A DNA stretch of 64,000 bases from Salisapilia sapeloensis CBS 127946. Its lineage: Eukaryota > Protista > Oomycota. The notes under the pieces were generated by a model that was not told the origin of the DNA, did no database searches, and saw only the letters and a program-made list of their open reading frames with translations. This document shows, piece by piece, positions 43,956 through 55,318 of the stretch; the stretch's first letter is position 1; each line of letters begins with the position of its first letter. The DNA is taken from NCBI GenBank assembly GCA_023334545.1, contig JAADVB010000089.1, forward strand, positions 1,534-65,533, given 5' to 3'. A program made the position numbers and the translations under genes.

Positions 43956-45038
43956 GAACGGGTCGACAGGGTGTTTTCGAACGAGAGACAACAAGCATTG
44001 GATTTTTACTTTCACTTTCTTTGGACTTTGTTAGAACTATCTTGATACTAGTTCTTAGTGGGACTGTTGGAAGTAGGATACTTGTCATGGACTAGACGAT
44101 GCTAATGTTCTGATGTTGATGGGATGGTTGCAGATAGTGGTAAGACATAACCGAAGAGGAATATGAGATGGTGATACCAAGGTAGAAATTTTGACATGCA
44201 TGAAACGTACAAGTGCTCATAGGTAAAAATTATAGTGTGGAGTTGGATGCCGAGTACGTTGGATGGTTATATATGCTTAAGAGTGCTAGTAAATGATATA
44301 CATATCGGATACCTTCTCGCGCGGATGCATGATGGATACACTATTCCTCTCTCATCTATGCAATACTCTTGGAAACCATTCTTTCATTGTATCTAATTGA
44401 CCTTGTAGGCTGATCAAATAGCTTTATGTTGGTGAAGTACACTGTAAGCAAGTATGTCAGTCGTCTCCATTGTATTAGGAGCTATCCTATCCTTGTTTCT
44501 TGCCAACTTTGAGATGATACCAAGTTCCTAATTAGTTTTATGAATGACTTCTACAGTTGATCATGTCTTCTTCGTGAAAGGTAGGGCGAATGAATACGAT
44601 TAAGAAGAATGCATTGCTCTAAATTAGACTAAAATAAGGTTGTGATCAAACTGCCATTGACAGCATATGCGATCACTTCTTACTACAGATATGCAGAGTT
44701 GATTCGACAGCAACAACAACACTCTAGATAATGCTGCCAGTCTACCTTTGTTCTTGTCTCCTTACCACTTCTTCTGTAAGGAAGGTATGTTCAACTCGTA
44801 CGGAAGAAATTCTCGTTTGTTATCGTGGTGTCCTTAACGCAAGCAATCATCAGGGCAGCTACAAGGTAAGCATGTCCGAAGACAGATCATATCCCCCATT
44901 TCCAAACCTATAGTCAAGGCAATACCTCAGATGTCATCACAATCAAACCTCTAGCATAAATGGACCCAAACGCAAGCACGGATAAAGGCAAATAAGAATA
45001 TCCTTCATTTCGTTTATGTAAGCCTACTTGTCTTCTAA

Positions 45039-46622
45039 CTATGGACTGGCCACGTATCGCTTGCCCATCCCCATACACACCGCGACCGTCGTCACGCCAC
45101 TTAGCACCAAGAAGACCAGTGCAATGACAGTTAACACTGTCATCCAGACCTTTCCTCCTTTCACACGTCGCCACGGATACAACTTGGCAAAGAAGACGAC
45201 TGGAAAGACAAAGACGATGAGCATATAGCTTCCAGCTCCCGTAAGTGCAAACACAGTCTCGAGTCCAGGCACCCATATCGCCGTCAGGATCTGAGACAGC
45301 AGCAAGACACAAGTCGCAGCTAAGCGAGTTGGCTTCGTGGCTTCTAAGACTCGTGCTGGGAATCCAAGGGCCAAGAGCTCTTCAATAAGTCGACGCAAAG
45401 GATGGAAGAGGAGAGGGTAGGATAGGATCACCGTGAGGAAGAGGACGACGACAGGGATCGCCATCACGTCATCTCCCTCTAGATTCAGCAGAATGTTACC
45501 ACGGACATTATCTCCATAGACATTTAATGCCGAGAGGCCAAAGACAGCGTATAACAGCACCGCGACGGTGGTTCCGATCGCCAAGAGTCGATTCATTTTC
45601 ACATGCGAACGCTCAATTGGCTCGGCAAAGCTGCCTCGTAGCTGCAGGAAGAGAGGAATGAAGTTGAGATGAAGCATGAACGCATACGTGATGAGTGCTG
45701 CCACCTCCCCAAAGCGAGACAGCCATGATCCAGTATATTCTACGTCTAATGGTGGCTCTGGAGCTGTCGTAGGATCATTCATAGGTGTAGGAACAGCGTG
45801 AGAGGTCGAGAGAGCGCGATAGAAGAGAGCAAGGACGAGAGTGATGGAGAGGAGGAAGCCAATGTACGTGGAAATACGAAGTCCGGAGAGAGATTTAAAA
45901 AGACAGAGCGGAAGGACAATAGCGGCAAAGGAGATCCAGAGGACATATGTCGCGACATCCTTGGCTTGATCCGAGATACCGTCCTCGGTCGAATAAAAAA
46001 CGTTAAAAAGCAGAGAGACGAGGAACGGAGACACGTCTCGGGCGATACGGACGCAAGCGACGCAACCGCCATAGACACCAGCAGTCGTGACGACAGCAAC
46101 GACGGACCCTAGAGCCGGTCCACCTGCCGCGATGGCTACGGACTGCATCGAACTTACTTTTTTACCTGCACCAATATGCAGCACCGACTCTTCCTCTTTC
46201 GCTAGTTGCACGTGAGTATGTAGCAACGCATGGGCTGTGATTGTAGCACTCCCAGCAACAAAGATCAGCGTTAAGATCGCTTGAAGTGGAGTGACGAGGA
46301 CGAATATGTATGGAATGGATAGTAGACCAACACCCACGGCGGACATGAGTAGCGTGAAGAGGACGTGAACTTGTCGCCAGTCATCGTATGGCGAATACTG
46401 GAACGACAGACGATGAGGTCTAGGAGACGGAACAGGAGAAGACGTAAAGACCATTGGGATGCCCGTATCAAATGGCGATCGAACGCCTTGACGATGTCCA
46501 CTAGAGCAGTGCGCCGAGTTAGCATCACTCGCTCCTGCTGAAGATACTTTGGAGCTGAGAGACTCAAAGGAGCCTCGATGACTACTTAGTAGAGGCTGAG
46601 ACTCTTCGGACGTCCGAGGCAT
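45039..46622 (-). CDS. amino acid/auxin permease (AAAP) transporter, paralogue of 30492-32144
   Basis: FTLLMSAVGVGLLSIPY, AFMLHLNFIPL, GNILLNL, SYPLLFHP; about 11 TM helices. Confidence 0.93.
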   Translation of the reverse strand: MPRTSEESQPLLSSHRGSFESLSSKVSSAGASDANSAHCSSGHRQGVRSPFDTGIPMVFTSSPVPSPRPHRLSFQYSPYDDWRQVHVLFTLLMSAVGVGLLSIPYIFVLVTPLQAILTLIFVAGSATITAHALLHTHVQLAKEEESVLHIGAGKKVSSMQSVAIAAGGPALGSVVAVVTTAGVYGGCVACVRIARDVSPFLVSLLFNVFYSTEDGISDQAKDVATYVLWISFAAIVLPLCLFKSLSGLRISTYIGFLLSITLVLALFYRALSTSHAVPTPMNDPTTAPEPPLDVEYTGSWLSRFGEVAALITYAFMLHLNFIPLFLQLRGSFAEPIERSHVKMNRLLAIGTTVAVLLYAVFGLSALNVYGDNVRGNILLNLEGDDVMAIPVVVLFLTVILSYPLLFHPLRRLIEELLALGFPARVLEATKPTRLAATCVLLLSQILTAIWVPGLETVFALTGAGSYMLIVFVFPVVFFAKLYPWRRVKGGKVWMTVLTVIALVFLVLSGVTTVAVCMGMGKRYVASP

Positions 46623-46966
46623 GGTGGAAGTAGAGATGGAAGTAGGCTCGATCCTTCCGGTCGGATTATGATGTCGAACGAATTTTTCTGTTAGTCGGCA
46701 GAATTACAGACGATTTAGCTAAAGCGTATCTTTTTCGATGATATGATTCGAACGAAATAAGAAACAGGGCTTTGGTTGAAGTTGATGTGAAGTGCTGATG
46801 GGAGGCAAGTAGATACCTTCGGAGTATGCTTTTGAATGTCCTTGTTGCCAAGATTGATGTCATGGACATGGGATAAAATCGGAAGATAGTGTAGATAATG
46901 TTTATGAAAAATATTCGATGGGGAAAAGATTTTCCGTGGAATATCTTGAACGGTTGCATACCTAAA

Positions 46967-49057
46967 ATGGCTTCACGAAGCGAGTCCCGAAGACGAGAGC
47001 AGGCAGCGCCATCTCGACCTGTCAAGCATCTCGGGGAGGTTGAAGATGATGATGAAGACGTTCAACTCTCTTCCTCTTCGTCACTTGCATCTTCTCAGTC
47101 GTTTAACGAAACACCGAATCAGGCATCTGAACGTGCACAGCAGGATCGAAGTAAGGCACATGAGGTATCAAAAGAAGATCGGCAGCAAGTAGAGCAATCT
47201 GCAATCTCCTCCATCGTCTCATCCCGTAGTTCCAAGCAACCTGAACGGAGTAAAAAGTCTCGTGCAAGTAAGAAATGGTATGCTGATAGTGATTCGGACG
47301 AAGCGCTCGAGGCCATCACCGCCTCTCGATCTCTTCGACAGCGAAAGTCATCACGTAAACCATCTATCTCTTCTCAAAAGCAGTCTCCACAGAGCGTACA
47401 AAGTGATTCCTTAAGCTCGGAGTCGAGATCACCGACGCCCAAGGCCAAAGTAGGTAAAATAGAAACGTCCATCGCCACGACCGGCGCTAGGAAGCAAGAT
47501 AAAGTTGCAACTCCTCTCCAACGCGTCTTTGCGAAGACTCGTGTCCTATCTCCATTTAACTCTAAATTCGCTCGAGATAAGAAATCTCCTGCAAATGTAC
47601 CGAACATCGGTACACCTCGATCTCTTCCTTCTAATACGAATGACACACCTGCCGTACGTCCATCTCTCGTAACAGAGCGAAAGTCTCCTGCACTAACTCC
47701 TATCAACCGCCGTGTGGAGACACTCAAGCAATATCCGGATCCACTCGATCGAAATGCTGGTGGCTTCACACCACCACGTGCTCGTGATATGAGTAAAAGC
47801 CCAGCAGGCGCAACACCTATCGGTACTCCCATGTCCAATCGACGGTACAGTCAAGATGTCGTTAGTCCCTCGGCTCATCGAGGTCGGACGACTGGTGCTA
47901 AGGTCGGAGAGGACGGCAGTGGAGTCCTACTGGAAGGATGGCTTCGACAGAAACAACGTCGAGGCGTCAAAGGGTTCAAGAAATGGAACTCGAGATACTT
48001 TGTCCTGTACGCAGCGACGAGTGAGATCCGGTACTACACCGACGTCGTCCAGTCGGCATGGGGTCCCATTCCCTTAGGTGAGATCGGTTCCATCTCGCTG
48101 CGACTCATCCAGCGCATCGGGAAGCCTGGACATCCAAAATACAAAGGCTGTAGGTTTGACATCACCTGCCGTAATGCCTGGGGTACGCACTATGCCGAAG
48201 ACTATGTATCGTCCGAAGAAGATGAGACACCAAAGGAAGGTGGGAAGAAGACGACACCAAAGACAAGAGTCTTTAGTCTCATGGCAGACAGCGCACAGAC
48301 GTGTGTGACGTGGGTGAACACATTAGATTCTAGGTTAGTAAGAAGTGCTAGTAGTCCTCAAGTAGAGGTGAAAGAAAAGGATAAAAAAGTAATGACGGAC
48401 CGAGTGGTCTGTCGACCGGGGGAGAGTGTCCCGAAACCTGTTGTTTGGTGCTTAAAGTACATTGATCAGGTGACGCCAGGTATCGAGACACCATCCTTCT
48501 ATGAGCAAGAACCTCCTAAAGACCAGCTACAGGTATGTACACTGCATGTATCTATGCTATTGGAAAGCTTACGAGTAGCTTAGGCTGTGCTCGGGTACTT
48601 GAACGAGATATCGAAGGATAGTCCAGAGCCTACTGAAGACGAGATGGAACAAGTAGGAATGGACACGATCATAGCTGGAGCCGTCGTCAAGACGTGGCTC
48701 AGACAGCTCGAGTCGCCGTTGATCCCCTTTCCGATGTATCAAGACTTTTCTCACTTGGCCAAGACGACGCCACAACGCCAATTCGAGTCCAAACGAGAGC
48801 TCAAGGCACTCCTGCAAGCTCTACCGCAACGCAACTTGATCATGCTGGCAAGACTCCTCTTCCATCTAAACGATGTTCAGATGTATGCTTCGAAAAACAA
48901 ACTCCCGGCAGATGTACTTGCGTCTCACTTTACCAACTATATCCTTCGTCCACAAGAACCAGGAGGACATGAAGAAGCAGTGGAGAAGATGGTGGCAGAG
49001 ATGATATTGCATGCTGATACGCTGATTGATATAAGCGAGGAAGAGCTAAGTAGTTGA
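46967..49057 (+). CDS. PH domain + RhoGAP domain protein, 2 exons
   Basis: Long S/P-rich N-terminus; PH domain (LEGWLRQKQ, WNSRYFVL, WVNTL); intron 48533-48583; GAP-like VVKTWLRQLESPLIP, LPQRNLIMLARLLFHL, NKLPADVLASHF. Confidence 0.9.
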
Positions 49058-49084
49058 AATGCATCTTTGAGAAAAATCGTTTGT

Positions 49085-49447
49085 CTATGCTGTATTGCTT
49101 TCTTGCATCGGCTGCACGTGCATCGAGACGAGATGCTTCCCTGGTACGAGTGTCATGCCCAAGTTTCGACTGGACATTTCGCTACTATCATCATCCAACA
49201 CCTTTGGTGTGAACTCACGTGCTTCTGTTAAGATGACATTGCGCTGCTTGTCGAAACAATGGAATCGGCCGAGGATCCGGCGACCGTCCGCGATCTCCAT
49301 GCGCACCATTCGACCTAGAAGTGCCATTGCTATGCGCGTTGCCTCACCGATCTTTGGTTGTGAGTCTTCGGACTGATAGGATAAAGAATTATCCGCCTGT
49401 AGCTGGGCTACAGCCTCTCCATTGTGCGATATGACGCCGTTCATCAT
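49085..49447 (-). CDS. NAA38: Sm-like protein, most similar to NatC auxiliary subunit NAA38/MAK31
   Basis: LLGRMVRMEIADGRRILGRFHCFDKQRNVILTEAREF...LGMTLVPGKHLVSM has Sm1/Sm2 motifs with the VPGxH signature of NAA38. Confidence 0.75.
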   Translation of the reverse strand: MMNGVISHNGEAVAQLQADNSLSYQSEDSQPKIGEATRIAMALLGRMVRMEIADGRRILGRFHCFDKQRNVILTEAREFTPKVLDDDSSEMSSRNLGMTLVPGKHLVSMHVQPMQESNTA

Positions 49448-49680
49448 GCTACGTGACTTGTGTCCGAATTTCGTGTCAGGTGGTATTATATAACATTATA
49501 AATAGATTCAGTACATAATAACTTTATGAACATGTTATAAGTAAAATAATAGCAGTGTAAAATAGGTAATTACTCGTCAATTAATTGGTTGACTACGTAT
49601 GGTAGACCTTTGAAAAGAGAAAAGAAAGAAAAACTTTGACCAACTTTTGGACCACAAAAGAGATCAAGACCGAGAACAAA

Positions 49681-50067
49681 ATGTCATCGTGGTTCGGATT
49701 CGGAGGCAGCAAGCAGCCAGAGGAGCCTGCAACTAACTATGACGAGCCGATGTATGACTACGAGTCTACTTCCACTGGCTTTGGTGCAGCCGCAGGTGGC
49801 TCTCCTCCGAGCTTGGGCAATGCCAGCGCCGGAATGCCCAGTGGTTCCCAAGAGGTGCAGCAAATGCTGATGGAAGAGCAGCAGCGCGCATTGATCCAAC
49901 AGGCCATTGCCAAGATCACGAACATTGCCTGGGACAAGTGCAGTGCGACCAAGCCGGACCAGTCTCTCTCGAGCAAAGAGTCGGAATGCATTCGAAACGT
50001 CACGGCGGCATACCTCGACACGAGTGTCTTCGTCATGCGTCGTCTCAACAAGCCTGGCAGCGCGTAG
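49681..50067 (+). CDS. TIM8: small Tim chaperone (Tim8/Tim13-like) with only two cysteines
   Basis: IAKITNIAWDKC...KP...LSSKESECIRNVTAAYLDT matches the Tim8 helix-loop-helix; ATG at 49681. Confidence 0.85.
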   Translation: MSSWFGFGGSKQPEEPATNYDEPMYDYESTSTGFGAAAGGSPPSLGNASAGMPSGSQEVQQMLMEEQQRALIQQAIAKITNIAWDKCSATKPDQSLSSKESECIRNVTAAYLDTSVFVMRRLNKPGSA

Positions 50068-50116
50068 GCATCGAGATATAAAAAGAGAAACAGATAAAAT
50101 CTTGCAACACTGCATT

Positions 50117-50709
50117 TTATACTACACTTTTACTAGTATAGACAAGCAGGTCGACATTATTGTACGGACCTGACTCATGCTTTGCGACCGGCGTGACATT
50201 GTCTAGCCCCCATGTATTGCAAATCACTCGAAGTTTCGGGCTTTTGCGTAGTAAGTCGACCAGTTTGGGTGTCAATTGAGATAACGCCTCTGGAAGTAGG
50301 TACGTAACGATGACGGTAGCGTCGGAAAAGTCTCCTTCCATCAGATCAGCTTCCTCGACAGACACGAGATGCTCGAGCTTATGCTTAGCAACGGACGCGT
50401 GGAACGCTGCAATCAGATCTGGTTCAATCTCAATACCGCGGGCTCTTGCACCATACTTTAGCGCTGCTTCAATGCAAATACGTCCGTCACCACAGCCAAG
50501 ATCGATGATTGTCTACTTATGATGCATTTGTCATTTTCGGTGGTGGACAAGAAGTTTCGAGTACGTACGTCTTCAGGCGTCAATTGTGCAATCTCTACGA
50601 CCTTCTGGACAACGTCATAATCGCTTTGGCATGGAGGAGCAAGAGAGTCGCCCTCTAGCCACATCCCATCAAGTGGATTGCCTTCATCTTCGCTGGAAGA
50701 CCCGGGCAT
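50117..50709 (-). CDS. class I SAM-dependent methyltransferase (FAM173/DOT1-like), 2 exons
   Basis: Intron 50568-50513 joins LAPPCQSD...LTPED to TIIDLGCGDGRIC; GIEIE, TYLLPE and W motifs follow. Confidence 0.88.
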
Positions 50710-51258
50710 GCTCGATCAATGGGCTGTAGCCACTTTTTGTCCAATAGCGTTTGTTGTGAAAGACATACGTAAAGGTAGTTTATTGTTGGATCGTCAAGAG
50801 ACACAAACACTTCAACGTACATCTACCGAGTCAAGTAGCTCAGATGATGTGAAAGGCCTACAATAGTGATGGCATCCCACTTTTTTACGAAGTAGAAGCT
50901 ACAAGATGATGTAGCAATTTCATCTAAAATGAGGCTAAAGTAGTTTGTGATCTTATTAGTTATACGGTTGGTCGTATGCGTACGAAGTGGTCATTAAAAC
51001 TGACTATCGTATGAAGTCACTGTTCCTAGCACACACGAAAGCTTATGAAAGCTCTAGTTTAATGTCTCAATGCAACCAAATGTTTTGGTTTTCTCAATCA
51101 AGGTCATTGGATTTCAATTTGCATGTAGTCTCTTAAATGAGCTGTTCGACTCAAAATGCAGAAAAGACATTGCAAAAGCCTCACCAGCTACTATTGTATT
51201 TGCTCTCCTTTGTATCATAGCTGTCTTGCAATTGTACAGGAAGTCTTCTGCTCTAGCG

Positions 51259-52467
51259 ATGAAAAGGTTGGGCATAGAGTACTCGGGTGTCTACTCGACT
51301 TGCCACTTCATGGGAAAAGACAGTCAAGCGCTCGTCAATCCGAATCCCACACTCGAGACGTCTATTGCAGTGGATGCTGTGAGCTCGCCGTTTTCTATAT
51401 CTCTAAGCAGTGAGCACAACATATCTCCGCCATCATCCAATGTTTCCGAATGCATGAGTGAACTCTTGCTAAGAGACACTTCGGTTGATCACAACCTCAG
51501 TTTTCTCGTAGCTGATCAAGAGACTCATCCGATTGAAAGAGACTACTACGCCGAAAGAACTGAGTGTCCAACACAACCTCACTTCATTTCTTCAGACGAA
51601 AACCTCATTCCTCCACTTTCAATTGGTCAAGCATACAGAAGCGACTACTACCAGGAATACTCTACGATCGATACATCCAATCTAATGCCAATTCCATTTG
51701 AAGATGATCCAGAGGACCACACCACGCCTGTGCAGCAGCTGGAGGATAAGACCATCTTGCGTTACTTTCTCTTCACTCCACCTTCCGACGATGTCGATAT
51801 CAAAGTCGAACGCACCGATGAGCACCCGATTGAATACTCCTTCTCCTATCCGATGCCTACTCCCTTGGATCAAGCCCTCGAACATGCGGATACTTATGAA
51901 AGCAAAGTGAAACGAGACATTGAGCCCTTTCAAGCTATGAAGGCTATGATACCTCCATTCGTCCCAGGCTATGGAAACCGATACTACCGCTCCAACAATG
52001 TCATTTCGCCCATGATCATCAACAGATCAGCCACTCTGCCAGTACCCATCGCAAAGAGCGAGCGCACAATAAAATCGTCCAAGCTGTGCAATGCACCAGG
52101 CTGTACAAAGCGAGCTCAGACTGGAGGTCTATGCATTCGACACGGAGGAGGTAGAAGATGTAAGATCGAAGGGTGTCCAAAAGGAGCGCAAGCGACTGGC
52201 CGATGCAAACGTCATGGAGGTGGTGCTCGATGCACTCATCCAGGATGCACCAAAAGCAGTCAAGGCTCTGGATTCTGTCGTCCGCACGGTGGAGGCAAAC
52301 GATGCAAGTACTTAGGCTGCAACAAAGGACAGCAGAAAGGTGGTTACTGTAGTCGACATGGTGGACATCGCACATGTCAAGTGCGTGGATGTAACCTCAG
52401 TGATCGTGGCGGTGGCTACTGTTCACATCACAAGAGCCCGAGGTACTATTGGCAGAGTATGGAATAG
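51259..52467 (+). CDS. WRKY19-like Cys/His zinc-finger repeat protein (putative transcription factor)
   Basis: Five C-x4-C-x9-C-x2-H(GGG) repeats with 24-aa period at the C-terminus. Start uncertain (51070, 51259 or 51310). Confidence 0.85.
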   Translation: MKRLGIEYSGVYSTCHFMGKDSQALVNPNPTLETSIAVDAVSSPFSISLSSEHNISPPSSNVSECMSELLLRDTSVDHNLSFLVADQETHPIERDYYAERTECPTQPHFISSDENLIPPLSIGQAYRSDYYQEYSTIDTSNLMPIPFEDDPEDHTTPVQQLEDKTILRYFLFTPPSDDVDIKVERTDEHPIEYSFSYPMPTPLDQALEHADTYESKVKRDIEPFQAMKAMIPPFVPGYGNRYYRSNNVISPMIINRSATLPVPIAKSERTIKSSKLCNAPGCTKRAQTGGLCIRHGGGRRCKIEGCPKGAQATGRCKRHGGGARCTHPGCTKSSQGSGFCRPHGGGKRCKYLGCNKGQQKGGYCSRHGGHRTCQVRGCNLSDRGGGYCSHHKSPRYYWQSME

Positions 52468-52617
52468 AACGAACGGATGTAGGACGCAATATGCGTATAT
52501 AATGAGGATACTAGAAAGGATAGCAAGTAGCAAGAACCTCATATAATTGCTTATGGATGTTAAGTCTCATGTTCACTACACTTGATAACTAGTAGCGTTA
52601 ATCATGGTTCGCAATGC

Positions 52618-55189
52618 CTATGTTTCGTCGCATTTGCGGTCTATTTCTCTTGATGACGCGAGAATGTCTTGCATACTCGAAGTAGCTTCCTTCAATAGCT
52701 GCTCGAATTCGTGTTCTATATCAGAGGCCCCACGTGTGTCCTCTTGGGAACTAGTAGATGTATGGGATACCTTGGCTACCTCTTCATTCCATGACGTATG
52801 GCTACTGCGTGGTGCAAGGTAATACCCCTCTGGTTCCACTGGTAAGATCCTGGACTCTGCTTTGGCAAAGAGCATAGAGCACAGCTCTTTCAACATCTCT
52901 TCCAGCACAACAAAGGCACTGAATAGCGCGACTTCTTCCTCATCTTCCTCCACTTGCTCATCCACTAGAAGCTGACTTCGAACGCGTATCAGACGTTCCT
53001 CCCACCCTTCTAGCATCTGCATCTGTTCCCACGCAACAGCATACACCTCCTCCAGAATAGACCGAACGCTCTGTCCTTCCTCTTTCTCTTCATATATATC
53101 AAACACAAGATCACCACACTCTTCTCTACTAGCTAAAGACGCCACGAGACCAGAGAGAGCAATGTTCTCCTCGACTGTGTTGGATAAAAAGTCCGCAAGA
53201 CGATGAAAGACAAGCTCTAAGAAGACTTTGGAGTACCCTTCATCCTCCGTAGTAGACAGAAAGTCACCATTGTTGATGATAGCAGGTGAGAAGGAAGGGA
53301 TACCCATACTCAAGTTCAAGTCCTTCAACGTCTTTGAAGGAAGTGAGCGATTCGTTGGACTCATGATGATCTGCATCATCTCTTCATCCTTCTTGTTCAT
53401 CATTAACTTTTCTCTCGAAGAAGTTGAGAAAGCATCGTACTCGTCTTTATCATCATCCAAATACCAATCCTCCCAACTGTTCTCATATGTCACTTCACTA
53501 TCTTGTGGCAAACTTCTGCAAGCTGCATATTCTGCATCCGCAATATACGATAACAAGGACATGACTTGCTGTTCTCCATCTTGTGCGACGGGAATCTCGA
53601 CATCTTCCATGTCTTGATCGAACCCACGCAGCTTCCACAAGTGTGCATTTGAGGCAATGGAAGAGTTTGGAAATCTAGATGCAAACCACATCGCATGATT
53701 TTTATGCGAAATCGATGCATCAGTACTACTAAAGCTATGCGTTTCTGTAGTCTTGGAACCAAGTAGCAAGGCATCGACTTTTGGATCGTTGAGCTCGAGA
53801 AGATGAGTGTACAGATCCATCGCAGCGATACTTTGCATCGTATTCTCTGATGTTATGCGACGACACAATGTCATTGGCAGCGTTTTCTCACGGTTTGCGT
53901 CTTCATGAAGGAGAAACTGAAGGTAGATGCAAAGTAGAGGATTCGATGATGTGCTTGTGGAACATGATGATAGCTCTTCGAGCATCCGGTCAGCATACAT
54001 CATCGCAGTTGTATTCAATTCGTCATTTGAGTGCAAGAGGATGGGAGCGACTACTGGCCATAGAAATCGATCTTGGAATTGGACAAGTAGTTCTTCTGCT
54101 ATCGACATTCCACCTCCTTCCTCATCTTCTAGCGTGAGCTGATACCTTGCGACCATGCACAAGGTACAGCAAAAGCGTAGACGAACAGCTACAACTTGCA
54201 TGTCATGAGCAATTGTTCGAGATTCCATCCTCGGTGCTACGGAGGGAGGTATGGAGGAGGAGAATAGTGATGGTGGCAACGTCTCAAAGGTTGATATGAT
54301 CCCATCCAGGACATAGTGACAGAATGGAGTCAGTTGCAGGATGAATCGACAGAGAGATGGCTCTTGAATCGAAGCAGCTATAGCCAAAGCTTCTCGACAT
54401 TTCTCACCAATACTTCCTAATGCATACATATGTGGTAATAAAGCAGTGAAGAGCACGAGTTCAGGTATTTCTCCATCCGAATTGGATCTAGGAGATACAG
54501 CCGGTTGAACGAGCGTTTCTCCATGTCGAAAGAAGAACTCGGTCTGAGCTGGATCCGACTGGAGTTTCTTCCAAAGGACGTTAAGTAGATGCACAAGGTG
54601 TTTTCGAACGATCGGATCCTCCACTTCTTTATGTGTGGCAGCATGAAGTAGATTGACGATCGAAAGATGTACTTCACGCGCTGGTAAGATCGGGTAGGAG
54701 ATCCTATTGATCATGTATCAATACGAGTTATATGATGGATATACAAAGTGCATACCGACTGAATAGACAACCAGCAAATTGTAGAATTAGAGGCATAATA
54801 TCCTTTGGATGATCTCGCTTTCCAGCGTCACACAGCATTGGGAGAATCTTTTCTTCTAATAAAAACTCGAGACACTCCCGAACGTGATGTTCCTGTCCTT
54901 GCTGTTTCAACTCGATCTTCTCACACACTGCTTCTTCAGCATGCAATAGCATGACTAGCTTCTGCAACTCTTCCTGGATACTATAATGAAGTAATAACCT
55001 CCTTTGCTCATGCTCGTCGTAGCATCCATTGACCACCTCTAGTAGAAACCGAGCAATGATATCCCATCGATGTTCAAACTCCTCCAAACGAGAGTTGAAT
55101 ACAGGTGGAGCTATGATACCTACAGCTTGTACAAGTGCATCTGATGCACGCACAGCAGCCTCCTTCACTCGATCCGTGAACCAGCTCAT
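52618..55189 (-). CDS. FHIP: FHIP/FAM160 (RAI16-like) FHF complex subunit, 2 exons
   Basis: RECLEFLLEEKILPML, an intron between about 54754 and 54705, HLVHLLNVLWKKLQSDPAQTEFFF, LFTALLPHM, C-terminal NTVEENIALSGLVASLA and VVLEEMLKELCSML. An alternative ATG lies at 55216. Confidence 0.85.
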
Positions 55190-55318
55190 ATCGACTGACG
55201 CCCATTGAGGATTCATGCTGCATGTCGTGCGAAAGTTGATACAATGTCGCTTCGAGAGAGCATACGATTCGCAAGATAAAAACAGGAACAGGGAGCGGAG
55301 GGCCAAGCGTTTGGAGGT

